Source: Escherichia coli (GTDB taxonomy: Bacteria; Pseudomonadota; Gammaproteobacteria; Enterobacterales; Enterobacteriaceae). Taken from it: DNA of 64,000 nucleotides. Of the stretch, positions 9,859 through 20,988 are shown piece after piece (the first letter of the stretch is position 1; every line of letters begins with the position of its first letter). The stretch lies in NCBI RefSeq assembly GCF_016026235.1, contig NZ_CP065613.1; one strand, given 5' to 3'. The notes beneath the pieces are model-generated. The model had not been told where the DNA came from, searched no databases, and worked only from the letters and a program-made list of their open reading frames with translations. A program made the translations under genes and the position numbers.

Positions 9859-11346
9859 TTATTCCGACACAGCTGGCTTTTTTTCACACTTTTGCGGTTC
9901 GGGTCGAGGGTATTTCCACAGCCAACGTCCAGTAACCATTCGCCAGTAAAACAGCACGGCCCGCACAGCCCAGTCGGCAAACATTCCCATCCAGACACCA
10001 ACCACACCCCAGCCAAGCATGATGCCCAGCACATAACCGACGACAACCCGGCAACCCCACATGCTCAACATAGAAACCCACATAGCGTAACGGGCGTCAC
10101 GAGCCCCCTTAAATCCAGCGGGTAGCACCCATGAAGCGGACCAAATAGGCATAAATAAAGCATTTAGCCAAATCAGAATCACAACGACATGTTTAACCTG
10201 TGGATCCTGGGTGTAAAACGATGCCATAACCCCGGCAAAGGGAGCCGTTAGCCAGGCGATGGCCGTTAATCCAAGAGTGGACAGCCAAAACACATGCCGC
10301 AACTGAATCTCTGCTTGCGCTATCTGCCCTACCCCCAACCTTCGGCCTGTAATGATCGTAGAAGCAGAACCGAGCGCACTTCCGGGTAAGTTGATAAGAG
10401 CCGCAATTGAAAACGCGATAAAATTTCCGGCAATAACACTGGTCCCCATTCCGGCAACGAACATTTGGGTTAATAACCGACCACTGGTAAATAACACTGA
10501 TTCGACACTCGCTGGAATACCAATCCCCATGACTTCCCAGATAATGCTAAAATTCAGCGGTTTAAAATAGCTCTTTAACGAAATCCTTAGCGCAGGATTA
10601 AAACCAATCGCCAGCACCCACAAAATTGCAACTGCGCCAATATAACGAGAAATGGTTAAACCCAACCCAGCCCCGACAAATCCCAGTCCCGGCCAGGAGA
10701 AAAGGCCGTAAATCAATATGCCGCTAATAATAATATTAAGAATATTCAGGCTACCGTTAATCAGTAGCGGTATTTTCGTATTCCCTGCACCACGAAGTGC
10801 CCCGCTACCAATTAGAGTGATGGCAGCTGCTGGATAACTGAGTACCGTCAGCTCCAGATAAGTCAACGCCAGTGCTTTAACTTCTGTCGTGGCATCACCC
10901 GCGACGAAATCAATAATTTGCTCGCCAAAATGATGAATAAGCGTTGCCAACAGTACGGCAAACAACGTCATGATCACCAATGACTGCCGCGTCGCCACCC
11001 TCGCTCGTCGTCGATCCCGCTTACCGAGACTAAATGCCACAACGACAGTAGTACCAAGATCGATAGCAGCAAAAAAAGCCATAATGACCATATTGAAGCT
11101 GTCCGCCAATCCCACGCCGGCCATCGCATCTTTTCCCAGCCAGCTGACCAGAAAAGTGCTCAGAACCCCCATCAACAGGACACAGGCATTCTCCATGAAG
11201 ATAGGAACAGCAAGCGGGGTTATCTCGCGCCAGAACAACACTTTGTAGCTCTTGCGTTTAGCGTGCCAGCGAGTGCCGTGAACAACCTGGCGTAAAGCAG
11301 AGGAGATATTCAAAGCCGACCTTAATTGCAGAAAGTGAAACCACAT
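9859..11346 (-). CDS. yeeO: MATE-family multidrug/flavin efflux transporter
   Basis: Polytopic membrane protein. Chosen start MWFHFLQLRS gives 495 aa; the ORF extends a further 51 codons upstream to 11499. Confidence 0.85.
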   Translation of the reverse strand: MWFHFLQLRSALNISSALRQVVHGTRWHAKRKSYKVLFWREITPLAVPIFMENACVLLMGVLSTFLVSWLGKDAMAGVGLADSFNMVIMAFFAAIDLGTTVVVAFSLGKRDRRRARVATRQSLVIMTLFAVLLATLIHHFGEQIIDFVAGDATTEVKALALTYLELTVLSYPAAAITLIGSGALRGAGNTKIPLLINGSLNILNIIISGILIYGLFSWPGLGFVGAGLGLTISRYIGAVAILWVLAIGFNPALRISLKSYFKPLNFSIIWEVMGIGIPASVESVLFTSGRLLTQMFVAGMGTSVIAGNFIAFSIAALINLPGSALGSASTIITGRRLGVGQIAQAEIQLRHVFWLSTLGLTAIAWLTAPFAGVMASFYTQDPQVKHVVVILIWLNALFMPIWSASWVLPAGFKGARDARYAMWVSMLSMWGCRVVVGYVLGIMLGWGVVGVWMGMFADWAVRAVLFYWRMVTGRWLWKYPRPEPQKCEKKPAVSE

Positions 11347-11506
11347 TTCAAATAATGAGGGAGAATCAGCAAAGCTGCAAAGATTTTCGCCATCAAATTG
11401 TCTGCAAATGCAACAAACTGTTGATAGAAACGGCAAACAGTTGGGAAAATTAAAAATCGGGTTTGACAAAAGATTTTTCGCCGTTAAGATGTGCCTCAAC
11501 AGCGAT

Positions 11507-11582
11507 TCCTCTGTAGTTCAGTCGGTAGAACGGCGGACTGTTAATCCGTATGTCACTGGTTCGAGTCCAGTCAGAGGAGCCA
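11507..11582 (+). tRNA. asnU: tRNA-Asn (GUU)
   Basis: Exact 76-nt tRNA-Asn sequence, identical to the asnW and asnV copies. Confidence 0.95.
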
Positions 11583-11590
11583 AATTTCTG

Positions 11591-11619
11591 AAAAGCCCGC
11601 TTTTATAGCGGGCTTTTTG
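11591..11619. terminator. Bidirectional terminator between asnU and cbl
   Basis: Hairpin aaaagcccgc ttttata gcgggctttt with T/A runs on both sides. Confidence 0.5.
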
Positions 11620-12570
11620 CTATATCTGATAATCAATTTCCTCTTCACTGTTTTCCATCACCTGCCGCTTGATATCCTCAACTGAAAGTCCTGCATTACA
11701 AAGTTCCAGAAAGCGCCAGACATAGTTACGCTGAAGTTGTCCTCGCTTCAGTCCCAACCAGACAGTATTAGCATCGAAAAGATGCCGCGTATCCAGGCGG
11801 ATTAAATTCTTTTCCTCTTGTTCACCGCTGGATTGTTCGGCAACTAATCCGATCCCAAGCCCAAGAGCAACATAGGTTTTAATGACATCAGAATCCTGCG
11901 CACTTAATATAATATCTGCCAGCAAACCTTTGCGGGCAAATGCGTCATCAATACGTGAGCGCCCCGTAATCCCCTGTCGGTAAGTGATTAACGGCCACTT
12001 CGCTATTGATTCCAGCGTCAATGGTGTAATTTGCGTCAAGGGATGATCGTGTGGAACAAGCAAACTATGGTGCCAACGAAACCACGGGAAGGCGACGAGC
12101 TGCGGGTCATTACTCAAACGCTCGCTGGCGATACCAATATCAGCTTCACCATTATGCAACAACGTCGCAATTTCCTGTGGCGTCCCCTGGATTAGCTCGA
12201 GCCGAACCTCCGGGAAAAGTTCGCGAAAAGCTTTAATGACCTCTGGCAAGCTATAACGTGCCTGAGTATGCGTCGTTGCAATAGTGAGAACGCCAGACGT
12301 ATCGTTGGTAAACAGGTCTGCAAGCCGACGAACATTACTGGCTTCATTGAGAATACGTTCTGCAATGACCAGTAATGCTTTGCCCGGTTCAGTCATGCCC
12401 AGCAGTCGCTTACCTCGTCGAACAAATATTTCGATGCCAAGTTCATCCTCCAGTTCCCGAATATGACGGCTGACGCCTGACTGTGAGGTAAAAAGCATAT
12501 TCGCAACCTCTGTCAGGTTGTAATCCTGACGTGCAGCTTCGCGGATTATCTTTAGTTGTTGGAAATTCAC
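11620..12570 (-). CDS. cbl: LysR-family regulator of sulfonate utilisation
   Basis: 316-aa LysR-type protein (N-terminal HTH, MNFQQLKIIREAARQDYNLTEVANMLFTSQSGVSRHIRELE); recognised as Cbl. Confidence 0.9.
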   Translation of the reverse strand: MNFQQLKIIREAARQDYNLTEVANMLFTSQSGVSRHIRELEDELGIEIFVRRGKRLLGMTEPGKALLVIAERILNEASNVRRLADLFTNDTSGVLTIATTHTQARYSLPEVIKAFRELFPEVRLELIQGTPQEIATLLHNGEADIGIASERLSNDPQLVAFPWFRWHHSLLVPHDHPLTQITPLTLESIAKWPLITYRQGITGRSRIDDAFARKGLLADIILSAQDSDVIKTYVALGLGIGLVAEQSSGEQEEKNLIRLDTRHLFDANTVWLGLKRGQLQRNYVWRFLELCNAGLSVEDIKRQVMENSEEEIDYQI

Positions 12571-12671
12571 GGTAAACTCCGGGCAGTTCAGATATCCCGT
12601 TATTGTTAAAGTCTAACGCCCAGCATAACAAATAATAAAAACCCGCATCTTATTCCATCCCGATATAACGC

Positions 12672-13589
12672 TTAGCTCACCAATTGCCACTGCCTTTTTT
12701 CCATCACTGGAGAACTAATCACTGACATTAACAACTCTTTCACTGCCTGTGCCTGTGGCGATAAGTTCGCTCTGGCGGGTAAATTTAATGACAAAGAGAG
12801 ACTCATGGAAGGCGTGGTAATGCGTGACATCCACCCATTTACTGCGCCACATAACGAACGCGCGGCCGATTCGGGTAATACTGCAACGCCCATGCCGCTG
12901 GCAATCGCTGCGGTAAGCGTAGCAATAGACTCAATTTCACCAATGACTTTTGCCGTGAGCCGCCGTAGGGAAAACGCCTCATCAACACGAAGTCTAACAG
13001 CGCTGTAATCACTGGGGAGAAAAAGGTTCATTTGTGCAATAGCATTAACATCAACGCTTTGCCCCGGGCAATCTTGAGTTCCTACCAGGAAAAGAGCTTC
13101 TTTCAGCAAAGCCTGACTGGATACACCAGCCACAGGGGAATGCTCATAAATCACCGCCATATCGAGTTGGTGATTTATCAGTTTTTCGTTAAGCACTGCA
13201 CCGCTATTTTCATGAAGATAGATAACGACCTCCGGGAATTCAGCGCGAACCGCCTGTAATAAGGGCATGGTGATGGATGACGCAGCGGTTCCTGGCGCAA
13301 AGCCAATCGAGACTTGCCCCGATAATGCCTGACCAACGTTATGCACCGCCAGTTGGGCCTGCTCACACTGACGTAAAATGGCCCGCGCATGGGTATAGAG
13401 AATTTTTCCGGCGTCTGTTGGCGTAACGCCCCGTTTTGTGCGAATCAAAAGTTGTTGATTTAACTCACCTTCGAGTGTGGCAACCTGCTGGCTGAGCGCT
13501 GGTTGTGCGATATGCAATACTTCAGCAGCCTGAGTCAGGCTACCAATATCTACAATTTTTACGAAGTATTTCAGGCGTCTGAAGTTCAT
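12672..13589 (-). CDS. nac: Nitrogen assimilation control protein (LysR family)
   Basis: 305-aa product from MNFRRLKYFVKIVDIGSLTQAAEVLHIAQPALSQQ; recognised as Nac. ORF has a 10-codon upstream extension. Confidence 0.9.
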   Translation of the reverse strand: MNFRRLKYFVKIVDIGSLTQAAEVLHIAQPALSQQVATLEGELNQQLLIRTKRGVTPTDAGKILYTHARAILRQCEQAQLAVHNVGQALSGQVSIGFAPGTAASSITMPLLQAVRAEFPEVVIYLHENSGAVLNEKLINHQLDMAVIYEHSPVAGVSSQALLKEALFLVGTQDCPGQSVDVNAIAQMNLFLPSDYSAVRLRVDEAFSLRRLTAKVIGEIESIATLTAAIASGMGVAVLPESAARSLCGAVNGWMSRITTPSMSLSLSLNLPARANLSPQAQAVKELLMSVISSPVMEKRQWQLVS

Positions 13590-13914
13590 GTTGCCTCCGG
13601 TTTTTGAGAATCGGCCCAAGTGCCGCCATTACTTACAACCAGATTGCAAGATGCTTGCCAGTTTTATTTTGGCGTTGATGTACAAGCTAACCAACTGTCA
13701 AATAAGAGATTATGATAGATTCGTCATTGGCTCTTTTCACCAGCAGTCGCGTTCCCCTGCCCTATAAAAGGAGGGTATGCACCACGATGGTTCATTACCA
13801 ATAAGATTGAAATCTCATCACTTTGTTGAAATTGACAGCAAACAAACAAAAAAATGCATTTCACCCTTTGACATCACCATGCACTGCCATTAATATGCGC
13901 CCCGTTCACACGAT

Positions 13915-13990
13915 TCCTCTGTAGTTCAGTCGGTAGAACGGCGGACTGTTAATCCGTATGTCACTGGTTCGAGTCCAGTCAGAGGAGCCA
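13915..13990 (+). tRNA. asnV: tRNA-Asn (GUU)
   Basis: Exact 76-nt tRNA-Asn sequence. Confidence 0.95.
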
Positions 13991-13997
13991 AATTCAA

Positions 13998-14027
13998 AAA
14001 AGCCTGCTTTCTAGCAGGCTTTTTGCT
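13998..14027 (+). terminator. Terminator after asnV
   Basis: Hairpin aaaagcctgctttctagcaggcttttt. Confidence 0.5.
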
Positions 14028-14045
14028 TTCTAATTACCAACGCTC

Positions 14046-14978
14046 TTAAAACATCTGTCTTGAACCAGAACTAATTTGCACAGGCATTCCCGATCGACGT
14101 TGCAACGCAGCATTTGCGCGATTCACATCAACTTCTTGCCCGTTGATAAACGCCCGCAAAGATGGGGTTACCGGCAATGGCACTTTTCGGTCAGACTCAT
14201 ATTCAGCACGATTGCGCGACAGCGGCTCATGAACTTCCAGCCACTTTGAACCATCCGGTTCCGTTGTGTATTTCACTGGCTGATCAATAATTTGCACACG
14301 AGTACCTACAGGAACATTATCAAACAGATATTTGATATCGTCATTGCGCAGACGAATACAGCCCTGACTTACCCGGAGCCCAATACCAAAATTGGCATTG
14401 GTACCGTGGATGGCATATAGCCTGCCAATATAAATCGCGTACAGCCCCATGGGATTATCGGGCCCCGCAGGAACAAATGCGGGCAAACTCTCCCCTCGTT
14501 TCGCATATTCGCGCCGGGTGTTCGGCGTTGGCGTCCAGGTTGGTGCTTCTTGTTTACGTTCAACGGTAGTCACCCAGTTACGCGGGGTTTCTCGCCCAGC
14601 CTGGCCGATACCAATAGGAAAGACTTCCACAGTATTACTGTCTGGTGGGTAGTAATAAAGACGCATCTCAGCGACGTTAACCACAATCCCTTTACGAACA
14701 GTGGCGGGCAAAATCAGTTGCTGCGGAATGGTGAGTTGCGAACCTGACTTCGGTAAGAAGACATCAGCGCCCGGATTCGCTTCCAGCATGTTACTTAACC
14801 CTTGCCCGTATTGTGCGGCAAAAGTCTCCAGCGGCTGGGTATTGTGATCAGGAACAGTTACAGTAAGCGACTGCCCCACTAAACGGCTACCCTCTGGAGG
14901 TAATGGATAAGTTACCGCCAGGCTAGTATGGCTGGCAAAAAGCAGAGCAAATGAGCAAAGAATATTTACACGACGCAT
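14046..14978 (-). CDS. ldtA: L,D-transpeptidase (YkuD/ErfK family)
   Basis: Signal peptide followed by an L,D-transpeptidase catalytic domain (HGT...GCIRL motif: [23 protein letters not shown]); recognised as ErfK/LdtA. Confidence 0.9.
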   Translation of the reverse strand: MRRVNILCSFALLFASHTSLAVTYPLPPEGSRLVGQSLTVTVPDHNTQPLETFAAQYGQGLSNMLEANPGADVFLPKSGSQLTIPQQLILPATVRKGIVVNVAEMRLYYYPPDSNTVEVFPIGIGQAGRETPRNWVTTVERKQEAPTWTPTPNTRREYAKRGESLPAFVPAGPDNPMGLYAIYIGRLYAIHGTNANFGIGLRVSQGCIRLRNDDIKYLFDNVPVGTRVQIIDQPVKYTTEPDGSKWLEVHEPLSRNRAEYESDRKVPLPVTPSLRAFINGQEVDVNRANAALQRRSGMPVQISSGSRQMF

Positions 14979-15042
14979 CATGTCCCTTTCCTAAGTCGCG
15001 AAAGCTATCGGTTAAGTATAGCTTTTATCAGACTTTTCGTTT

Positions 15043-16122
15043 TTAACTGTTCAAATCAGAAGTCGTATTCCCCGGTAGAACAATTTTACTGGCAGCAAGT
15101 TCGCCCATGTTGTTGTATATCGCACAAGCAGCTTCGATGATGGGCATCGCCAGAGCTGCGCCACTCCCCTCACCTAAACGCATCTCCATATTGAGAAAAG
15201 GCTCCAGCCCCAAATGCGACAGCGCTATACGCGCCCCTTTTTCTGCCGACAGGTGAGAAGGAATGAGATACGGTTTGATTGCAGGAGACATCTGGCAGGC
15301 TGCGAGCGCAGCAGCATAAGAAAGAAATCCATCCAGCAACACGGGTAAACCGCAGGAAGCAGCGCCTAACATCACGCCAGCCATTCCGACCAAATCAAAT
15401 CCACCCACTTTTGCCAGAACATTAACGCCATCCTGCGGATTTGGCTGATTCAACGTAATCGCCCGGCGCACAACATCAATTTTATTAGCCAGTTTATCTG
15501 TCGGCAGGTTTGCGCCAATCCCAACCACTTCTTCAGGATCCCGGCCAGTGATTGTGCTGACTATTGCTGCTGCCGGTGTCGTGTTTGCCATCCCCAGTTC
15601 ACCTACACCAAACAGCGTGACACCGTTTTTTGCCAGCTCCCGCGTATAACATATGACGTCCAAAAGTAACTTTTCAGCCTGACGGCGACTCATTGCCGGA
15701 GCTGAAGCAATATTGCCGCTACCTCGTGCGACACGCATGTTGATAAGCCCGGGGATAGGCTCAGCAGTATCAATACCAACATCAATTACGTGGACGTTAG
15801 CGCCCGCTTGTGCTGCCAGCACACACACGCCGGTTGTTCCGCGGGTCATATTTTCAGCCTGAATGGCTGTCACTTCTTTTGGGGAAATAGCGACCCCTTC
15901 CTCCCAGACGCCGTGATCGGCACACATAACCAGTACCGCTTTTTTGCCCACATGCGGTATGCCATTCAACCCCGGCATTCCCGCCAGTTGTACGCCAAGC
16001 GCCTCCAGCCTTCCCAGGCTACCAACAGGTTTGAGTAACCCGTCAATATGCCGTTGTGCACGCGACATAGCGGCAGGATCGATGGCAGGGATCGTATTCA
16101 GTAAATTGGCAAGTGTTTGCAT
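15043..16122 (-). CDS. cobT: Nicotinate-nucleotide--dimethylbenzimidazole phosphoribosyltransferase
   Basis: 359-aa product; recognised as CobT. Confidence 0.9.
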   Translation of the reverse strand: MQTLANLLNTIPAIDPAAMSRAQRHIDGLLKPVGSLGRLEALGVQLAGMPGLNGIPHVGKKAVLVMCADHGVWEEGVAISPKEVTAIQAENMTRGTTGVCVLAAQAGANVHVIDVGIDTAEPIPGLINMRVARGSGNIASAPAMSRRQAEKLLLDVICYTRELAKNGVTLFGVGELGMANTTPAAAIVSTITGRDPEEVVGIGANLPTDKLANKIDVVRRAITLNQPNPQDGVNVLAKVGGFDLVGMAGVMLGAASCGLPVLLDGFLSYAAALAACQMSPAIKPYLIPSHLSAEKGARIALSHLGLEPFLNMEMRLGEGSGAALAMPIIEAACAIYNNMGELAASKIVLPGNTTSDLNS

Positions 16123-16133
16123 GTCACGTCTCT

Positions 16134-16877
16134 TTATAGCAGTGCCAGCAGGAAGACCAGTTCACCAAGCTCTATGGCTGCTCCCAGCGTATCGCCGGTT
16201 TGCCCGCCCAGCGTACGTTTGAGAAGCTGACCGAGGATGAAAATCGCCACCATCGTCACCACCATAGCAGCCACACCATGCATACCCGGCAATAATACGG
16301 CAGCAAAAATAGCGGCTAAGCCGAGTGTGACGCAGGTTTGTCGCCCATCAATTTTGCCAATGAACACATTGCCAAGCCCTTCTTCCCGGGCATAACGATG
16401 ACGATACATCAATAATGCGGCAGTCCCGCGGCTGACCGCACATGCTGCCGCCAGCGATGCAAGGATCGGTTCGCCACGCAGAGCCAACTCGCTTAACACC
16501 AAAATCTTTGCCAGTACAACAAAAATCAATGCCAGACCGCCGTGGGTACCTAAACGGCTATCACGCATGATTTCCAACATGCGATCGCGGCTACGTGCAG
16601 AAAATACGCCATCACAGGTATCAGCGAGGCCGTCCAGATGGAATCCCCCGGTCATCAGCACCAGCACAAGTACGCTAAACAGTGCCGCCAGTGGTGCGCC
16701 ACACCATGCCTGCAGCACCATGAAGACCAGCCCGCTAATCGCGCCAAGCAATAATCCAATCAAAGGAAAAGTAATAATACCGCGAGAATAATGCTCGAAA
16801 TCCAGTCCCTGGGACCAGCGACGCGGTACAGGCAGACGCGTAATAAATGAGAGCATCGCCCAAAATAATTTACTCAT
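16134..16877 (-). CDS. cobS: Cobalamin (5'-phosphate) synthase
   Basis: 247-aa membrane protein from [16 protein letters not shown]. Start overlaps the cobU stop by 4 nt (ATGA), typical of translational coupling. Confidence 0.9.
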
Positions 16878-17419
16878 TTGATTTTTACTCCAATACCCGA
16901 AACCACCAGCCATACTTCATTTGCCGCAGCGGCCAACTGCTGATTTACCCGCCCGGCAATATCACGAAAATGTCGTGCCAGACGACTCTCCGGCACAATC
17001 CCCATTCCCACTTCGTTAGTCACTAATACAACCTTTGCGGGGCAACGTTGGCAGGCAGCAATCAACGACTGAATCTCAGCATTAATCGCCTGTTCCATCG
17101 CCTGATAATCCCATTCATCAGGGTCTTTATCGCCGCCATAATCAAACAACAGATTAGTCACCATTGTGGTAACGCATTCAAGCAACACAACCTCATTCGG
17201 GTTAATGTCTGCATGAATTAATTCATCAAGATGTTGCCAGCGCTCCACTGTGCGCCAGTGCTCCGGGCGGCCTTGCCGATGATGTTCTATCCGTGCAGCC
17301 ATCTCATCATCAAGGATTTGCGAGGTAGCGATATACAGAACCTGTGAAGAGTCCCCAATAAGCGCCTCTGCGTGGCGACTCTTCCCGCTCCGTGCGCCCC
17401 CCGTCACCAAAATCATCAT
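16874..17419 (-). CDS. cobU: Adenosylcobinamide kinase / adenosylcobinamide-phosphate guanylyltransferase
   Basis: 181-aa product with P-loop GGARSGKS; recognised as CobU. Confidence 0.9.
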
Positions 17420-18692
17420 ACCGACTCCTGATTCAAATGTATGATGGTATTCATTGAACAGAACAATGGATCCCCCACCGTTGCTGACCGCAAAACATTT
17501 ACGCGATTAATACTGCGCGTAATATAATTAAAAATCCAGCATTCTCAATCCATTACGAAATAAGATGGCATTACGGAATAGCCAGACTTTCTCGTGTTAA
17601 CGTCCGACAAAATGCGTCATTGACAGCGGTTTCTGTGGATTGACACATTTCATTCAGATAATGAATTAATGCTACTGCCGGAACAACCAGCAAACGGGCA
17701 TTGTGTTCTGAAATCCAGGCTATTGATTCAACGTCAGCGACAGATCTGCGCTGTAAAAGAACTTGTAAAACAACGTAATAGAATTATCCGGAATGGTGGC
17801 GACTATGCACTAGAACACCACAATTTCGCTCTCTCGGTAAGGCACTGTCACAGCATTCAACAGAATGTGACTTGCCAGATTTATTAGCGCCACCAGATGT
17901 TTAACCGGGTAACCACGACCCAGTCGGGGATATATTCCATCTTCTCGCTGACATCATCAAGAATAAAAAGGTTTATCACACTCAGAGCAACGTTCTTCAG
18001 CAGGCGGGATAATTCTTCAACATTTAAAAGATGTGTTATTAAAGGCATACAAACTGGACGTATTGTATTTTCTTTTGGTGGTTGACCTAAGGTAGCAGTT
18101 TATCCTGATGCGCTGAGATTTCTGTAATATCTACGTCAACATTCTCCTCGAATAGAAAATGCAGCCCCGGCAAGTGATTCACATTTTTTAACAAAACGTT
18201 GTTAGCGTGCCATTTTCAGAAGCTCTCCAAGAAAGCGAATTCTTTTCTCAAATTCTGCATTCTCAGACACAGCTTTCTACTCCATGGCAATGGCCCAAAT
18301 ACGAAGTTGCTCAGGATCATTAGTGGTGCTGAGAAGTTAAATAACCATGCGGAGTACCACTCGTCATCACGTATTTATATATCATGAAGCTATTGTTGTG
18401 TTTTGTACATCAGTAGATGTATTCTGATATACTCCTTTTGCTAGACATAACCTTTCACCTGCTTGCAAAGCTTCTGTGTTCTGACATTGCCAAATTGTTG
18501 CAATTCTGTATCCAGCCTTCTTTCAGTCATAGCTTCGGGCCGCGATAAGACTCACTGATCTGACCCTGATTCCTCTTGCAGACTTTATAGACCAATTAAA
18601 ATGCAGTTTCTGCAGGTCAACGTCTGACCATCATTGTCATCACTCTGGCCATTAGAGTAACCTTCTGCATTCATCCTTTTGTAAAAAGTTTA

Positions 18693-19335
18693 TAGACTGG
18701 CCCCCTGAATCTCCAGACAACCAATATCACTTAAATAAGTGATAGTCCTGATACAAGTTTTTAGAGTAGTCATTAGTGAACAGATAATTGTTAACTTAGA
18801 ACCAGTAAAATGCAAACGACGCACCACGCTGGGAAAATCGCTGCTATTCAGCAGAGTTTTGTACCGAGAATTGTGGCCAGCCACTTATTGCTCTCGCGTA
18901 AGCAGGTATCCCTATCGTTTACCAGTCCAGCACATCTTGTGGTCAGGCAGAAGAAGAGCAAACTGTTACTGGACTCACTGCATGCATGGTGGAGAAAAAT
19001 GCCACGCTATCCAAAAATCCAGACTGGGAGAATGGTTCAGCTGTGTACTGAATCAGTGGGGCGCACTCTGTTATTACAGTGTTGACGGTCAGGCGGAGGC
19101 AGACATAATGCCGCGGAAAAAGCCCTTTGTGCCATCTGTCTCGGAAATAAAAACTTTATGTTCTTCGGCGGCGAGCGCAGTGCACTGTTGTATGGGCTTA
19201 TCGGCACTTGCCTTCTGAACGACATTGATCCGGAAGCGTATCTGCGCCATATCCTGAGCGTACTGCCGGAATAACCTTCCAACCGTATTGATGAACTCCT
19301 GCCATGGAACGTAGCACTCACCAATAAATAAGCGT
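18693..19335 (+). mobile_element. Composite IS relic: IS2-type left end with decayed orfA, followed by the C-terminal fragment of an IS66-family TnpC
   Basis: 18693-18747 is identical to the first ~55 bp of the IS2 left end at 27064, then diverges. At 19150-19330 the translation KNFMFFGGERSALLYGLIGTCLLNDIDPEAYLRHILSVLPE ... DELLPWNVALTNK matches the conserved IS66 TnpC C-terminus. No intact ORF. Confidence 0.5.
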
Positions 19336-19360
19336 CAATACGGCACTCCGTTAACGCTGA

Positions 19361-20871
19361 TATGACTTTCCGTGTCAAACCGGAATCTCTAATTTTGACG
19401 ATTTTCTTTTTAGGTTTAATTCCCTGAGGGCGACGTAGCAGTAAATCCGACGGTGAATCACGCTGATATTCGCGGGTTGGATACCGCATTACAGAGGTCC
19501 GTCATATGAGCCTGCCACTTTCTTACGTCGCGAATCAGCTTTGTTCCGCCGTCGCCAAGCGCTAACGTGGGTTACTCTTGTACCGGGCTACGTCGCCTTC
19601 AGGGAACTGGTTATTCTCATTTTTTATTTGTGACATTGTGGTTGTTGTGCGACAGACATTGCTATTCGGCCCATATCCCAGATAAAACCCGCCAGCTCAC
19701 GTGCAACAGCAACAATTGTAATATTGACATTCTTTCCTTTGGCCTGAAGTTTTCGATACCTCTTACAAAGCCTGAGTTGAGCATCCCATGCTCTGTCAAT
19801 GACGGGGCGGGGTAAATTTTCCTGCCTTTTTGTATTGCCGGACTGATGCGTGCCGGATGACGGTAACTCCACGCTGCCTCGACCAATAGCTTTCTGGCAT
19901 AGCTGTTTCCGGCTTTGGTAATGCTGCCCTGATGTCTGCTTCCACCCGATGAATATTCTGATGGCGTGATACCAAACCATGACATCAGTTGTCGTGGATG
20001 TTCAAAACGGGTCAGATCACCCAGTTCAGAAATTAATCCAACCGCAGTAATAAACTGAATCCCTCGCATGGCTTGCAGCGCCTCTACTACCGGATACAGC
20101 CTCCATTCGGTAACGGCCTCCTTCAGGGCGGATTCCAGCCGTTCACATTGTGCCTGCCGGTCTTCTATTGTACGACGGTGTTCGTCAAAAGCTAATTGTC
20201 GCCAGGGACTTTCGAATGAGTATTTGCTGAGCCAGCGTCGGTGTGCAGGGCCCCAATCTGCTCGCCCGACATAATGGACCCCATGAACCAGAAGAAACGA
20301 TTTCAGACGTTGCCTTGCATGCCGTAAATCATCGCGGGCAGATGCCCATGCCCGGGCCAAATCCCGGAATGCCTCATCTTCAATGCCGGGTACGTAGACA
20401 GCAGAAAGATCTCCTGCACGCAGTGAACGCACAAGTCTGATGGCATCACGGCGATCGGTTTTAACCCGCTCCCCCGGTTTTTTCGGGATAAGTGAGGGGG
20501 CGCAGACCATGCAGTCAAAACCGGATTTCACCAGCCGACGATAAAGTCCATAACCACAGGGCCCCGCTTCATAAACGATACTGACCTGCGATGACTTTGA
20601 CCTGAGACGTTTACAAAGATTCTGAATATCAGTAGGTGATGTGCCAATTTTACCCATCAGTTCAACAGGTTCTGAATTGATAGCATAAGCGACAGTAATC
20701 GATTCTTTGTGAACATCTAACCCGACGTACAATGTGTTATTGTTGTTCATGCTGGCCTCCGTGGTGGAAATACCGGGGTGTAGCAACAGCTCACCCATGC
20801 GGCTCTGACAACGATGTTAACCCGCGTTAAATATCCCACGTTGGCCAGCATCTGTCTCACGGAAAGTCATA
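19361..20871 (-). mobile_element. IS110/IS1111-family insertion sequence (about 1.5 kb) bounded by 14-bp inverted repeats
   Basis: Perfect inverted repeat TATGACTTTCCGTG at 19361-19374 and its reverse complement CACGGAAAGTCATA at 20858-20871 enclose a single transposase gene plus about 290 bp of non-coding sequence on its 3' side. Confidence 0.6.
19662..20750 (-). CDS. IS110-family (DEDD-type) transposase/recombinase
   Basis: Product MNNNNTLYVGLDVHKESI... has the N-terminal DEDD/RuvC-like domain and the C-terminal transposase_20-type domain (…FGITPSEYSSGGSRHQGSITKAGNSYARKLLVEAAW…). Confidence 0.8.
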   Translation of the reverse strand: MNNNNTLYVGLDVHKESITVAYAINSEPVELMGKIGTSPTDIQNLCKRLRSKSSQVSIVYEAGPCGYGLYRRLVKSGFDCMVCAPSLIPKKPGERVKTDRRDAIRLVRSLRAGDLSAVYVPGIEDEAFRDLARAWASARDDLRHARQRLKSFLLVHGVHYVGRADWGPAHRRWLSKYSFESPWRQLAFDEHRRTIEDRQAQCERLESALKEAVTEWRLYPVVEALQAMRGIQFITAVGLISELGDLTRFEHPRQLMSWFGITPSEYSSGGSRHQGSITKAGNSYARKLLVEAAWSYRHPARISPAIQKGRKIYPAPSLTEHGMLNSGFVRGIENFRPKERMSILQLLLLHVSWRVLSGIWAE

Positions 20872-20988
20872 CTGCCTTACCTTTTCTCAGGCTATTTTTG
20901 CTTTTTTTTGCTTTTCCCCGCCACTTTATGGTGATTATCACATCAATATACATCGATAGATATTAACGTAACTGAAGTGAGGTGAAGC

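Noticed and set aside
9859-11499. Use of the full 546-codon yeeO ORF, and small ORFs 9816-10125 overlapping its 3' end
   Set aside because: The N-terminal 51 codons lack the membrane-protein character of the rest and the start at MWFHF fits the family. The overlapping small ORFs have no support.
17420-17700. Possible cobalamin riboswitch or leader upstream of cobU
   Set aside because: I could not find a convincing B12-box or the conserved riboswitch stems by eye, and cobU is the last gene of its operon here. A covariance-model search would be needed; not claimed.
18739-19218. 159-codon ORF spanning the IS2-type and IS66-type relics
   Set aside because: It is a chimeric read-through across decayed IS fragments; the recognisable peptide similarities lie in different frames.
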